A DNA stretch of 37,074 nt from Gemmatimonadales bacterium (GCA_038321865.1 JBBQFH010000031.1:1-37074), one strand, 5' to 3'. Positions 24,048 through 34,615 are shown, counted from the first letter of the stretch. Made by a program: numbers and translations. Notes: generated by a model not told the origin, from the letters alone.

Positions 24048-24737
24048 ATGACGGACCTCGATCTCACCGCGTTCGGATTCACGCCGACGGAGGGCCTGAT
24101 CTATCAGGTGCTCCTGACCAGCGGCCCCGGCACCGGCTACAGCATCGCACGGACGGCGGGACTCGCGCGCGCTAACGCCTACAGCGCGCTCGAGGGTCTG
24201 GTTACGAAGGGAGCGGCCCGCGCCGACGCCGGCCGCCCGCGCCGCTATCGTCCGGAATCTCCAACCGCACTGATCGCTCGCATCACCAACGATCACGGGA
24301 TGGCCATCGACCGGCTGGGGGTCGACCTGGCCGCCATCGCCGTACCCAGCTCGCCCACGCTGGTGGAAATCGACACGCCGAGGGCGGCGCTGCAGCTGCT
24401 CGGTCATGAAATCGCCCGGGCCCAGCGGTCGGTCACCCTGCTCGCACCGGCCGAGGCGTATCCGGTACTTGCTCCGTCACTCCGACGGCCGCTCTCGGCC
24501 GGCGCCCGGCTCACGCTGCTTGCGTTCGAGCCGGTCGCCCTCCCATTCGTCGAAGTCGAGCAACTCGATCGCGGAGCCCTCGACTGGCCGGGGGCTCCGC
24601 TGATCGCGCTGGTGGACGACCACAGCGCGCTGATCGCCGCGCGCGACGGCGCCGGCGTTTCCGGCCACTGGAGCACGTCTGCCGTCTTCGTGGCATCGGC
24701 CCGGCTCCTCATCGATCACTTCCGGCGTCCCGGCTGA
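24048..24737 (+). CDS. TrmB family transcriptional regulator
   Basis: FGFTPTE..IY..LL..GP.TGY.IA...GL.RANAY..L..LV.KG wHTH, followed by an effector-like domain (IARAQRSV...LVDD). Confidence 0.85.
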   Translation: MTDLDLTAFGFTPTEGLIYQVLLTSGPGTGYSIARTAGLARANAYSALEGLVTKGAARADAGRPRRYRPESPTALIARITNDHGMAIDRLGVDLAAIAVPSSPTLVEIDTPRAALQLLGHEIARAQRSVTLLAPAEAYPVLAPSLRRPLSAGARLTLLAFEPVALPFVEVEQLDRGALDWPGAPLIALVDDHSALIAARDGAGVSGHWSTSAVFVASARLLIDHFRRPG

Positions 24738-24746
24738 CGCGCAGGC

Positions 24747-24793
24747 GCACGAAAAAGCGCCGCGGCGTGAGGCCGCGGCGCTTTTTTTCGTGC
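24747..24793. terminator. Bidirectional intrinsic terminator between trmB and lon
   Basis: AAAAA-GCGCCGCGGC-GTGAG-GCCGCGGCGC-TTTTTTT between convergent stops. Confidence 0.9.
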
Positions 24794-24797
24794 GGTG

Positions 24798-27368
24798 CTA
24801 GTGGTGGTACTCGGCGACGATCTGCCCGATCTCCGCCTTGCCCTCTTCCCCGAAGGAGAGCCGTCCTTCGCGGAACGATCCGCGCAGGGTGAGGGCGAGC
24901 ACCTCGCCCAGGTCCTGCACCGGGAAGACCTCGATCCGGTCGCGGACTTCCTTCGGCAAGTCCACGAGATCCGGCTCGTTGTCCTTGGGCATGATGATGG
25001 TCGTGATGCCGGCCCGCACCGCACCGAGCACCTTTTCCTTCAGCCCACCGATCGGAAGCACCCGCCCGCGGAGCGTAATCTCCCCGGTCATGGCGATATC
25101 GTGGCGCGCCGGCCGGCCCGACAGCGCCGACACCACGGCGGTCGCCATGGTCACGCCGGCGGATGGGCCGTCTTTCGGAATGGCGCCGGCCGGCACGTGG
25201 ATGTGCAGGTCACGGTCGAACATCTCATCGGTGATCTGCAGTGATGTCGCGTGCGAGCGGGCATAGGTCCACGCCGCACGCGCCGATTCCTTCATGACGT
25301 CACCCAGCTGTCCGGTGAGCACCAGCTCGCCCTTGCCGCGCATGGTCGAGGCCTCGACGAACATGATGTCCCCGCCGGTCGGCGTGTAATACATGCCGGT
25401 GGCGACGCCGATTTCGTCGGTGCGCGCCATCTTCTCCGGATGCACCTTGGGACGGCCGAGCAGGTCGTCGACCATGTCGCGGTCGACGGTGGTCCGCTCG
25501 ACTTCCCTGGCGGCGAGCTTGCGGGCCACCTTCCGCGCCAGCCGGCCGATCTCGCGCTCCAGCTGTCGCACGCCCGATTCGCGCGTATACCCGGTGATGA
25601 CCTCGCTGAGCGCCTCGTCGGAGATCTCGAGCTGCTCCGGGCTCACCCCGTTTTCCTGGAACTGGCGCGGAATCAGGTACTGCCGGGCGATCTGCCGCTT
25701 CTCGCGCTCGGTGTAGCCGGCGAAATCCACCACCTCCATCCGGTCCAGCAGCGGGCCGGGGATGTTCTGGATGAAATTCGCGGTCGCGATGAACAGCACC
25801 TCGCTCAGGTCGAACGGCACGCCGAGGTAGTGGTCCACGAAGCTGTCGTTCTGCGCCGGATCGAGCACCTCGAGCAGCGCGCTCGCCGGGTCGCCCTGGA
25901 AGGAGACGCCGAGCTTGTCCACCTCGTCGAGGAGGAAGACAGGATTCTTGGCTCCCGCCTGCTTCATGCCCTGGATGATGCGGCCGGGCATGGCGCCGAC
26001 GTAGGTGCGCCGGTGGCCGCGGATGTCGGCCTCGTCGCGTGCGCCGCCGAGCGAGATGCGGACGTACTTCCGTCCCATCGAGCGGGCGATGGACTTGGCG
26101 ATGGACGTCTTGCCGACGCCCGGCGGCCCGACGAAAAGCAGGATCGGGCCGCGTGCCCCCTTGTCGTCGTCGTTGCCGAGGACGGGCTTGTTGGGCTCGG
26201 GCACCGTGGCGGTGGCCACCGGCGCATCGGTGGACTCGCCGGAAGCCGGATCCACGCTGCGCGTGTCGGCCGCGGTCTCTGTCGCGGGCTCCGCCGCCGC
26301 CTGGTCGGCCCGGGCCGCGGCACGCTCCCGCGCGTCCGCTTCGGTCCGCAGCTGGCGCACGGCCAGGAACTCGAGCACCCGGTCCTTGACGTCGCCGAGC
26401 GCGTAGTGGTCCTCGTCGAGGATGCGGGCCGACTCCTGCAGATCCAGGTGCTCCGACGTCCGCTCGTTCCACGGCAGCTCGGCGATATTCTCCAGATAGG
26501 TGCGGATCACCTGCGACTCCATCGACTCGCGGCCGATGCGGCCGAGCCGGGCGAGCTCGCGATCCACTTCCTTGCGGGTCTCCGCCGGGAGCTCGAGTGC
26601 CTCGAGCTTGGCCCGGAGCTCGTCACCGTCATCGCCGGATTCATCCTCACCCAGCTCGCGGCGGATGGTCTTGAGCTGCTCGCGGAGAAACATCTCCCGC
26701 TGCCGCTCGCCCAGCTCCTCCTGCACCTGCGACTTGATGTCCTCCTGCGCGTCCAGCACGCCGATCTGCCGCTGCACGTGCACCAGCACGCGGCGAAGCC
26801 GCTCCTCGACCGACAGCGTCTCGAGAAGGGCCTGGCGCTGACCCGGAGTGATGTCGATGTAGCCCGCGACCAGATCGGCGAACCGGCCCGCTTCATTTAC
26901 GCCCGCGAGCACCTGGTTCACGACCTCTTCGGGCAATCCGGACTTCTGCCCCAGTTCGGCCGCGCGCGCCCGCGCCTCGCGGTGCAGCGCGACGAACGCC
27001 GCATCCTCGGTGCTGATGGGCTCCATCTCCTCGGCCTGGCGAACGACCGCCTGGAGATAACCGTCCTTCTCGGTGTAGTGGATGGCGATGCCGCGATGCT
27101 CGCCGTGGAGCAGGAGCTGCATCCCGGCCAGGCCCCGCTGCAGCTGGCCGATGCGCGCCACCGTACCGATGGTGTAGAGCGCCTCGGGAGTGACCGCGTC
27201 GAGATTCTGCCGCTGGGAGACCGCAAACACCAGCTTGTCCGGGGTGGCCAGCGCAGCTTCAATCGCTCGCAGCGTGGCGGGGCGGCCGGCACCGATCGGC
27301 GCGGTCACCCCGGGGAACAGCACTACCTCGCGCAACGGCAGCACGGGCAGCATGAGTCGTTCGGACAT
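24798..27368 (-). CDS. lon: ATP-dependent protease La
   Basis: LPVLPLR..VLFP N-domain, GPPGVGKTS, LLDEVDK, PKDGPSAG, GGLKEK. SD AAGGAG before ATG 27368. Confidence 0.96.
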   Translation of the reverse strand: MSERLMLPVLPLREVVLFPGVTAPIGAGRPATLRAIEAALATPDKLVFAVSQRQNLDAVTPEALYTIGTVARIGQLQRGLAGMQLLLHGEHRGIAIHYTEKDGYLQAVVRQAEEMEPISTEDAAFVALHREARARAAELGQKSGLPEEVVNQVLAGVNEAGRFADLVAGYIDITPGQRQALLETLSVEERLRRVLVHVQRQIGVLDAQEDIKSQVQEELGERQREMFLREQLKTIRRELGEDESGDDGDELRAKLEALELPAETRKEVDRELARLGRIGRESMESQVIRTYLENIAELPWNERTSEHLDLQESARILDEDHYALGDVKDRVLEFLAVRQLRTEADARERAAARADQAAAEPATETAADTRSVDPASGESTDAPVATATVPEPNKPVLGNDDDKGARGPILLFVGPPGVGKTSIAKSIARSMGRKYVRISLGGARDEADIRGHRRTYVGAMPGRIIQGMKQAGAKNPVFLLDEVDKLGVSFQGDPASALLEVLDPAQNDSFVDHYLGVPFDLSEVLFIATANFIQNIPGPLLDRMEVVDFAGYTEREKRQIARQYLIPRQFQENGVSPEQLEISDEALSEVITGYTRESGVRQLEREIGRLARKVARKLAAREVERTTVDRDMVDDLLGRPKVHPEKMARTDEIGVATGMYYTPTGGDIMFVEASTMRGKGELVLTGQLGDVMKESARAAWTYARSHATSLQITDEMFDRDLHIHVPAGAIPKDGPSAGVTMATAVVSALSGRPARHDIAMTGEITLRGRVLPIGGLKEKVLGAVRAGITTIIMPKDNEPDLVDLPKEVRDRIEVFPVQDLGEVLALTLRGSFREGRLSFGEEGKAEIGQIVAEYHH

Positions 27369-27434
27369 CGTTGCTCCTTGGCCCCTGGTGATCGGGGCGA
27401 AATGACGAGCGAAAAAACCAATCTGCCTTTGCTT

Positions 27435-27450
27435 TGCACCTGCCATGCCA
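27435..27450 (-). promoter_or_regulatory. Putative sigma54 promoter of lon
   Basis: TGGCATGGCAGGTGCA, GG-N10-GC, about 67 nt upstream of the ATG. Confidence 0.55.
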
Positions 27451-27676
27451 CCCGTGAGCAGTCAAAGCCTGCTCATGCGGCGGGTTCGCGCTTAAATTGG
27501 CGGTCGCGCTAACGGCTGACTGCCAATATGGCTCCGCGACGTTCTAATCTGAATCCGTGGGGCGGTCGCGCCGTAGGGGGCTGCCGGATGTCACGTGTTG
27601 CCCGGCGCGCGTGGTGAGCGCAAATTGATGCGACCCATGCGACTGCCTCCCCGACTCCCCCAAGGCGAGCGTCCTG

Positions 27677-29599
27677 ATGACCGATTCGAGCGATAGGCCG
27701 TTGCCGGCTCGCCTCGCCGAGGCGCTGGGTGACGCCTATACGATCGAAGGTGAGATCGGCCGGGGCGGCATGGGCGTGGTCTATCGCGCGCGCGACGAGC
27801 GCCTGCAGCGTCGCGTGGCAATCAAGGTCCTGCCACCCGAGCTCGCCTTCCAGTCGGAAATCCGGCAGCGCTTCACCCGCGAAGCGCAGACTGCCGCCAA
27901 GCTCTCACATCCGAACATCGTGCCGATCCATACGGTCGGCGAGGGCCAGGGGCTGGTCTACTTCGTGATGGGGTACGTCGACGGCGAGAGCGTGGGCGGA
28001 CGGATCAAGCGGCGAGGGCGCCTGCCGGTCGAGGAAGCGCGCCGCATCATGAAGGAGACGGCCGACGCGCTGAGCGCCGCGCACAACCTGTCGATCATCC
28101 ACCGCGACATCAAGCCGGACAATATCCTGCTCGAAGGCACCCGGGGCCGGGTGATGGTCACCGACTTCGGCATCGCCAAGGCGCTCTCGGCCAGCTCGGG
28201 TGCGACGCTGACCGGCGTCGGCGTGGCGATCGGCACCCCGTCGTTCATGAGTCCCGAGCAGGCGGCCGGCGAGCGCGAGATCGACGGACGCTCCGACCTC
28301 TACAGCCTCGGTATCGTCGCCTACCAGATGCTGTCGGGCGAGCTGCCGTTCCTGGCGCCGACCGTTGCCGGCATCCTGATGAAGCAGATCACCGAGCCCG
28401 CCCCGGACCTCAGGGCCCGGCGGCCGGACGTGCCGGAAGATCTCGCGCTGGCGGTCGCGCGCTGCCTGGAGAAGGATCCGGAAAACCGCTGGCCGACCGC
28501 CGACGCGCTCCGCCGTTCGCTGGAGAGCCGGGTCGTCACCGGCTATCAGCCGACCGGTCTCGGCTGGAAGGCAGGCCGGGGTGGCCCCGGCGCCTCGGCG
28601 CGGCCGGCCACCGGCGCGCAGCGGCCGCTGCGCGACCGCACCAGGCCCCCAGCGCTCGGTGATCCACGAAGCGTGCGAGGCCTTCCCGCCCCGCGGGCCG
28701 CGATGGACCGGCTGGACCGGCTGGACCGCGTCCGCCACTGGGACTCGCCGAGGCGGGGCCGCGAGGACACCCCGTTGCCCGATACCGGCGAGCCGAAGAT
28801 CGTGCAGAAGGTGCGGGCGCAGTTCGCCCGCTGGGCGGCGGTGAGCGGCGGCCTCTTTCTAGTGAACCTCGCCGCCGGCGGGATTACCCACCCGTGGTTC
28901 GTGTTCCCCGCGGCCGCGATGGGCTTCGGCGTGCTGAACAACTATGCCAAGCTGTGGCAGGCGGGCTATACCTGGCGCGACGTGCTGAGCCGGCCGCCGG
29001 CGCACGATGCGATCGAGACGACCAAGCTGGGGAAGGATGGCAGGCTGCCCCGCATGCTTCCGGCGCCGAAGCCCGACGAGTTCGGCGCGCAGTACGCCAA
29101 CGTGCTCCAGATACACGGCGACCGGCAGGCGATTCTGCGGGCGCTGGACCGGATGGATCCGACGGAACGGAAGCAGCTGCCGGGGGAGATCCAGGAGACG
29201 GCGGATGGGCTCTACAACAAGGCGATCGACCTGGCCCGCACGCTGCATTCGATCGACAGCGACACCAACGCCGAGGCGGTGACGAAGCTCGACGAGCGGA
29301 TCGCGGCGCTCAACAAGGAACCGGACGACCCGGAGCGGGCGCGCCGGCTGAATCTGCTGGAGCGCCAGCGGAGCACCTATTCAGAGCTCCTGACGCGGCG
29401 GGGGCAGGTGGCCACCCGCCTCGATGAGTGCGTGCTGGCGATGCAGAACATGCGGCTCGACCTGATGCGGCTTCGTTCCGCCGGCATCGCCAACGTGCTG
29501 GGCGATCTCACCATGGCCACGCAGCAGGCCAAGGCGCTCTCCCGCGACGTGGACAACGCCATCAGCGCCGCGGCGGAGATCCGCGAAGCGCTGAGGTAG
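27677..29599 (+). CDS. Hanks-type Ser/Thr kinase with a 2TM hairpin and C-terminal coiled-coil domain
   Basis: GRGGMG.VY, VAIK, HRDIKPDN, DFGIA, GTP.FMSPEQ, SDLYSLG; two hydrophobic segments; heptad-rich C-terminus. Confidence 0.92.
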   Translation: MTDSSDRPLPARLAEALGDAYTIEGEIGRGGMGVVYRARDERLQRRVAIKVLPPELAFQSEIRQRFTREAQTAAKLSHPNIVPIHTVGEGQGLVYFVMGYVDGESVGGRIKRRGRLPVEEARRIMKETADALSAAHNLSIIHRDIKPDNILLEGTRGRVMVTDFGIAKALSASSGATLTGVGVAIGTPSFMSPEQAAGEREIDGRSDLYSLGIVAYQMLSGELPFLAPTVAGILMKQITEPAPDLRARRPDVPEDLALAVARCLEKDPENRWPTADALRRSLESRVVTGYQPTGLGWKAGRGGPGASARPATGAQRPLRDRTRPPALGDPRSVRGLPAPRAAMDRLDRLDRVRHWDSPRRGREDTPLPDTGEPKIVQKVRAQFARWAAVSGGLFLVNLAAGGITHPWFVFPAAAMGFGVLNNYAKLWQAGYTWRDVLSRPPAHDAIETTKLGKDGRLPRMLPAPKPDEFGAQYANVLQIHGDRQAILRALDRMDPTERKQLPGEIQETADGLYNKAIDLARTLHSIDSDTNAEAVTKLDERIAALNKEPDDPERARRLNLLERQRSTYSELLTRRGQVATRLDECVLAMQNMRLDLMRLRSAGIANVLGDLTMATQQAKALSRDVDNAISAAAEIREALR

Positions 29600-29606
29600 C
29601 ACCGCC

Positions 29607-31739
29607 CTAAAAGGCGGCGAGCTCCTCCATGGCCCGGAGGATGCTTTCCGCCTGGGGCAGGATGACGTCCTCCAGCTCCGGAGCGTAGGCCACGAAGGTA
29701 TCGGTGGCCGCGATGCGCTTCACCGGCGCATCGAGAAAGGCGAAGGTCTCGTCGGCCACGCGCGCCGCGATCTCCGCTCCATACCCCCAGCTAAGCGAGT
29801 CCTCGTAGGCTACGAGCACCCGGCTGGTCTTCCGCACCGAGTTGTAGATCGTCTCGTAGTCCACCGGACTCAGCGAGCGCAGGTCGATCACCTCGACGCT
29901 CACGCCATGCCGTTCCTCCATCTCCCTGGCCGCCACCAGCGTGCGCTGCACCACGGCGCCGTAGGTGACGACGGTGAGATCGGTGCCCTCGCGCACCACC
30001 TTCGCCTTCCCCAGCGGGATCATGAAGTTCGGCCCCGGATTGGGCGCCTTGTTGTAGGTCTGGCGGTAGAGGTGCTTGTGCTCGAGGAAGAGCACCGGGT
30101 CGTCACAGCGGATGGCGGTCCGGAGAAGGCCGTTGGCATCGAGCGCGGTGGACGGGCAGACCACGCGCAGACCGGGGATGCCGGTGAAGACGGCGGCACC
30201 GGTTTGCGAGTGATAGACCGAGCCGCCCCTGAGGTAGCCGCCGTAGGTGGTGCGAATGACGATCGGCGAGCTGAAGGCGTTGTTCGACCGCCACCGCATG
30301 AGCGCCAGCTCGTTGCGGATCTGCATGTAGGCCGGCCAGATGTAGTCGAAGAACTGGATCTCGACCACCGGCTTGAGGCCGCGGGTGGCGAGGCCAATGG
30401 CGCGGCCGACGATGTTGGCTTCCGCCAGCGGGGAGTTGTAGACCCGGTTGGAGCCGAAGGCTTTCTGCAGTCCCCACGTGACCTTGAAGACGCCGCCCTT
30501 CCCCTTCACCGTGCCGAGATTCTCTTCGCGGCTGCAGTCGGCCACGTCCTCACCGAACATGACGATGCGCGGATCGCGGGCCATCTCCTCCCTGAGGCAG
30601 GAGTTCAGCAGGTCCACCATCGTGGTCGGCTCGCCGGTGAAGTGCGGGTCGTCCTCGGTATCGAACTGCTCGCTGGTGGGATCGACGTCGGGCGAATAGA
30701 CGTACTGGTAGATCGTGCTCGTCGCCGGCTGCGGCGCGGCGAGCGCCACGTCGGTCGCCACCATCACCTCGTCATCGACGGCGGCCTTGATCGCGTCGAT
30801 CTCCGCCGCGCTCGCGATGCCCTGCTCGAGGAGATACGCCGGGAACCGGACCAGCGGATCCCGCGCGGCATCGGCCTCGCGCTCGGCGGCGGGGCGATAG
30901 AACACCTCGTCGTCCGACAGCGAATGGCTGTAGGGGCGGATGACCTTGGCGTGCACCAGCGCCGGACCCTTCCGCTGGCGGCAGTAGTCCACGGCGCGCG
31001 CGAGCGTGTCGTAGGACTCGAGCACGTCGCAGCCGTCGCACTCCTGGATGTAGAGACCGGGAAAGCCGGTGAGCAGCCTGGAGATCGATCCGCCAGGTGT
31101 ATTGACCTCGACCGGCACCGAGATGGCGTAGCCGTTGTCCTCGACGACGAAGACGACCGGGAGCTTGAGATTGGTGGCGCTGCTGATCGCCTCCCAGAAC
31201 TCGCCCTCGCTGGTGGTGCCGTCGCCGGTCGAGCAGAAGACGACCTCGTCGCCCCTGATCAGCGCATCCTTGTCCGCAATGCCGTCGTTGCGGGAGACCC
31301 GCAGCCAGGTTTCGGCGCAGCCGACGGCCTGGAGGAACTGGGTGCCGGTGGGGCTCGAGGCGCTCACGATATTGAGCTCCTTGTGGCCCCAGTGCGACGG
31401 CATCTGCCGGCCGCCGGAATTCGGGTCGTCCGCGGCGGCGACGGCGCTCAGCAGCTGCTCGGTGGCGGTCATGCCGAGACCGAGGCAGAGCGCGCGATCG
31501 CGATAGTAGGTGTAGAACCAGTCGTAGCCGGCGCGGAAGACCTTCGAGGCGGCAACCAGCACCGCTTCGTGGCCGGCGCCGGAGATCTGGAAGAAGATCT
31601 TGTTCTGCCGCTTGAGCTGGATCTCCTTGTCGTCGATCCGGCGCGACAGGAGCATCAGGCGGTACAGTTCCAGCAGCTCGCCCTTGTCGAGCTTGGTGGA
31701 GGCGGGTGCCTTGGCGCGGCTGGGGGTGCGAGTGGCCAT
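29607..31739 (-). CDS. 2-oxoacid (probably branched-chain) dehydrogenase E1, fused alpha/beta
   Basis: [23 protein letters not shown]...NGYAIS (ThDP motif), HS.SDD, GEDV, EIQF.DY, FLEHK.LY. Confidence 0.92.
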   Translation of the reverse strand: MATRTPSRAKAPASTKLDKGELLELYRLMLLSRRIDDKEIQLKRQNKIFFQISGAGHEAVLVAASKVFRAGYDWFYTYYRDRALCLGLGMTATEQLLSAVAAADDPNSGGRQMPSHWGHKELNIVSASSPTGTQFLQAVGCAETWLRVSRNDGIADKDALIRGDEVVFCSTGDGTTSEGEFWEAISSATNLKLPVVFVVEDNGYAISVPVEVNTPGGSISRLLTGFPGLYIQECDGCDVLESYDTLARAVDYCRQRKGPALVHAKVIRPYSHSLSDDEVFYRPAAEREADAARDPLVRFPAYLLEQGIASAAEIDAIKAAVDDEVMVATDVALAAPQPATSTIYQYVYSPDVDPTSEQFDTEDDPHFTGEPTTMVDLLNSCLREEMARDPRIVMFGEDVADCSREENLGTVKGKGGVFKVTWGLQKAFGSNRVYNSPLAEANIVGRAIGLATRGLKPVVEIQFFDYIWPAYMQIRNELALMRWRSNNAFSSPIVIRTTYGGYLRGGSVYHSQTGAAVFTGIPGLRVVCPSTALDANGLLRTAIRCDDPVLFLEHKHLYRQTYNKAPNPGPNFMIPLGKAKVVREGTDLTVVTYGAVVQRTLVAAREMEERHGVSVEVIDLRSLSPVDYETIYNSVRKTSRVLVAYEDSLSWGYGAEIAARVADETFAFLDAPVKRIAATDTFVAYAPELEDVILPQAESILRAMEELAAF

Positions 31740-31820
31740 GGTCTCGGGAGCTGGAGGAACGACTCGACGCTGGGGTGACGGGAGAAAGATAGCCCGGCGG
31801 ACCGAGGGGCGGGAAGCAGG

Positions 31821-33368
31821 CTAGGTGCCCGCGAGGAGCTCCTTGAGGCGGCTGAAGCAGCCGACCGCGGCGCGCACATCCGGGTCGCTGTGCAGCAGGA
31901 GCTCGCCGCCGGCATCCGGCGGCCAGCGCACGAACGCCACCCGTGCCGCAAGCCGGCGCGCCATCTCCGCCGAGACGGCGCTGTCGGGCTGCGCCGCCAG
32001 TCTCAGCCGGGAGCGTACGCGCGCGAGGAACGGGGCCACGAGCCGGCCCTGCCACTGGCCGGACGCGCCGATCCACGCCGCCCGGCTCGTGGCATCGGCA
32101 CCGAGCAGCTGCGCCACGCTATCGGCGACGGCGCTGTCAAACCCGCTGTCCACCGCCACGCTCCACCATGCCGGGAGCGCCGGGCCACCGGGCAGCACCA
32201 CGTCGGGGGCGATGCCGCCGCCGCCTCGCACCGGGCGCCGATGATCGGTCAGGAAGACCTTCAGCGTGTCCTCGGCGATTCCCCCGGTGCCGGCAAAGGC
32301 GAAGTACTGCTGGATCGCGAGGCCCTGATACCGCCGCTGGATGAACCGGCCGCTCGGCGTGAGGACGTGTCCGACCGTGAGCTCGATGAAGCCCGAGGGA
32401 ACCATAAAACCGGTCTGCATCAGCGCCTTGCCGAAGCTGCGACGGCCGAGAATGAGCGCGCGATCGTGATCCTGCAGTGATCCGGCAAGCGCTTCGGACG
32501 CGCTCGCACTTCCTTCATCGATCAGCACGATGAGCGGCAGGTCGGTGTAGTGTCCCCGGTGCGAGGTGCGGAAATCCTCGTCCACGCTCTTCTTGCGCCC
32601 GCGGGTACTGAACACGAGCACCCCGGCCTGGAGGAACTCCGAGGCGAGATCCACGGCCTCGGTGACGATCCCTCCGGGGTTGCCGCGGAGATCGAGAATC
32701 ACCTGCCTGGCCTTCATCCCCTGGAGCCGCCCGATCGCGGCCGCGACGTCATCGGCTGCCTTCGGACCGAACTCGTCGAGCTTCACATACCCGGTCTGCC
32801 CGTCAACCATCCGAATGCTGGACACGGCGCCGGTCGCGCGCGGCGTTCCGCGCTTCACCGAAACGGTAAAGGTGTCGGGTTCGAGGCGGGGTCCGCGCTC
32901 CACCGCGATGACGACCCGCGAGCCCTTGGCTCCGGCGAGCCTGAGCGTCACCGCCTTCTCCGTGAGCCCCGCCACCGGCTGGCCATCGAGCCGCCGGATC
33001 CGGTCGCCCGGCAGGATGCCGGCCCGGGCCGCCGGTCCGTCCACAGCGTATGATGCCACGGTCGGGGCGCCGTCCACGAGCTCGATCTCGAGCCCAACGA
33101 CGGCCAGCTCGCCGCGATCGAGCGCGGAGAGCTTTTCGTAATCCTCCATGGACGCGAACCAGCTGTGCGGATCGAGGGAGCGCAGCATGCCGTCGATCGC
33201 CGCGCGCACCAATCCGTTGTAGGTGACCGAATCCACGTAGTTGCTGCGGATCTGGTTGAGCACCGCCGAGAAGCGCTGGAGCTCTTCGTACGACGAGGCC
33301 TGCGCCCCGGCCGGCTGCGCCAGCGTGAGCGTGGCCGCGAGTGCCGCGGCCGCGACGCGTCGGATCAT
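31821..33368 (-). CDS. S41 carboxyl-terminal processing protease with PDZ domain
   Basis: Signal peptide from ATG 33368; GML.SLDPHS, PDZ, DLRGNPGG, SASASE, SFGK, GGI.PD. Confidence 0.9.
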   Translation of the reverse strand: MIRRVAAAALAATLTLAQPAGAQASSYEELQRFSAVLNQIRSNYVDSVTYNGLVRAAIDGMLRSLDPHSWFASMEDYEKLSALDRGELAVVGLEIELVDGAPTVASYAVDGPAARAGILPGDRIRRLDGQPVAGLTEKAVTLRLAGAKGSRVVIAVERGPRLEPDTFTVSVKRGTPRATGAVSSIRMVDGQTGYVKLDEFGPKAADDVAAAIGRLQGMKARQVILDLRGNPGGIVTEAVDLASEFLQAGVLVFSTRGRKKSVDEDFRTSHRGHYTDLPLIVLIDEGSASASEALAGSLQDHDRALILGRRSFGKALMQTGFMVPSGFIELTVGHVLTPSGRFIQRRYQGLAIQQYFAFAGTGGIAEDTLKVFLTDHRRPVRGGGGIAPDVVLPGGPALPAWWSVAVDSGFDSAVADSVAQLLGADATSRAAWIGASGQWQGRLVAPFLARVRSRLRLAAQPDSAVSAEMARRLAARVAFVRWPPDAGGELLLHSDPDVRAAVGCFSRLKELLAGT

Positions 33369-33408
33369 CTTCCCGTCTCTCGGGTGAAGTGGATGACGAC
33401 GCCCGCCG

Positions 33409-34602
33409 CTACGGCGGCGTCGCCAGGGTCTGCCTGACTTCCCTGAGCTGATCATCGAAGCGGCTGGGGGCGATGGCGACGAAGCGCCGAAACGACTCCG
33501 CCGCCCCGGCACGATCACCCAGGAGCAGCTGCACCTTGCCCAGGACGTACGGAATCCGGGCGTTGAGCTGGTTGAGCCGCTCGGCCTGCACGAGCGCATC
33601 GCGCGCCTCCGGCAGCCGCTGCGCCTGCGCCAGCGTATACCCCAGGTCATACACGAGGCCCGCGTCTTCGGGATTGGTCTCGATGGCGCGGCGCCGTTCG
33701 CCCACCGCGCTGTCCCACTGCTGGCGAAACTCGTAGATGCTCGCCATGCGCGCGTGGGCCATGTACTGGCCCAGATCGTTGGTGAGCACCTGTTGGTACC
33801 CGGCGAGCGCGCTGTCCCGCTTGCCCGCGCCCTGGTCCAGCACGGCGAGCACGTATCGCAGCTCGGTGGACTCAAGCATACCGAACCGGCGGACCGAGTC
33901 GCTCTTCTCGCGCGCGAGCGCCCGGTCGAGCAGCTGCCGGAAATCGCTCGTCGCGACCTCGTATCGCCCGGTGTGGGCGGCGGCAAGGCCGTGATACCAG
34001 AGCAGCCCGAGCGGCGGATGCTTCTCGCGCTCCCGCGGCGAGATCGATCGGAGCACGAAATCGAAGCATTCGAAGGCCGCATCGTACTGTCCGCCGAAGA
34101 AGCCGTAGAACCCCTGCGCGGCGGCCTGGCCGGTACGGCTGGCCGATCCGAACATGAGCGGCGGAAGGATCAGTCCGTAGATCCGGAGATCCACCAGCGG
34201 GTCCACCATGAACGCGCGGTGAAAGAAGCGCGCCGACTCCTCCAGCCTCGGCTTCAGCTCCGGCGGCACCCGCCTGCGGTCGATCTCCTCCCAGAGTCGC
34301 GGCCGGCGCGCATACGGCAGAAAACTGAGCGCGAGCCAGGACGTGGCCGTCCTGGGCTCGATGGCGACCGAGCGGCGCAGCGCGCGCTCGGCGTCGTCCC
34401 ACCGCGACGCCGTCCAGTAGCCGATGCCGAGCTCGTACTTCGCGATGGGATCGAGCGAGTCGCGCGTCGCGTGCGCGACGAGCGTGTCCAGGCTCACGGT
34501 CAGCCGTGCCCACTGCGCGTCGGCGGGGCCGGCGAGCGCCACCACCAGCGCCACGATCAGTGCCCAACAGCGGGCGCCGATCGATACCAACGGACGTTTC
34601 AC
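33409..34602 (-). CDS. Secreted tetratricopeptide-repeat protein
   Basis: SD GAGGAG plus GTG; signal peptide ending ADA; multiple TPR helices (e.g. YDLGYTLAQ..R..EA...L..A..LN). Confidence 0.82.
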   Translation of the reverse strand: MKRPLVSIGARCWALIVALVVALAGPADAQWARLTVSLDTLVAHATRDSLDPIAKYELGIGYWTASRWDDAERALRRSVAIEPRTATSWLALSFLPYARRPRLWEEIDRRRVPPELKPRLEESARFFHRAFMVDPLVDLRIYGLILPPLMFGSASRTGQAAAQGFYGFFGGQYDAAFECFDFVLRSISPREREKHPPLGLLWYHGLAAAHTGRYEVATSDFRQLLDRALAREKSDSVRRFGMLESTELRYVLAVLDQGAGKRDSALAGYQQVLTNDLGQYMAHARMASIYEFRQQWDSAVGERRRAIETNPEDAGLVYDLGYTLAQAQRLPEARDALVQAERLNQLNARIPYVLGKVQLLLGDRAGAAESFRRFVAIAPSRFDDQLREVRQTLATPP

Positions 34603-34615
34603 GGCACTCCTCGCG

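Noticed and set aside
27451..27676. Possible ncRNA or riboswitch in the lon-kinase intergenic region
   Set aside because: No recognisable aptamer or terminated hairpin by eye; an Infernal/Rfam scan would be needed to exclude one.
29607..31739. E1 alpha/beta fusion as a novelty
   Set aside because: Fused E1 alpha/beta is already well known in several bacterial phyla.
31821..34082. Track's long N-terminal extensions (also 11501, 12682, 13563, 15870, 19841, 22559, 27446 starts)
   Set aside because: They overlap neighbouring genes. SD sites, stop/start overlaps and signal peptides point to later starts.
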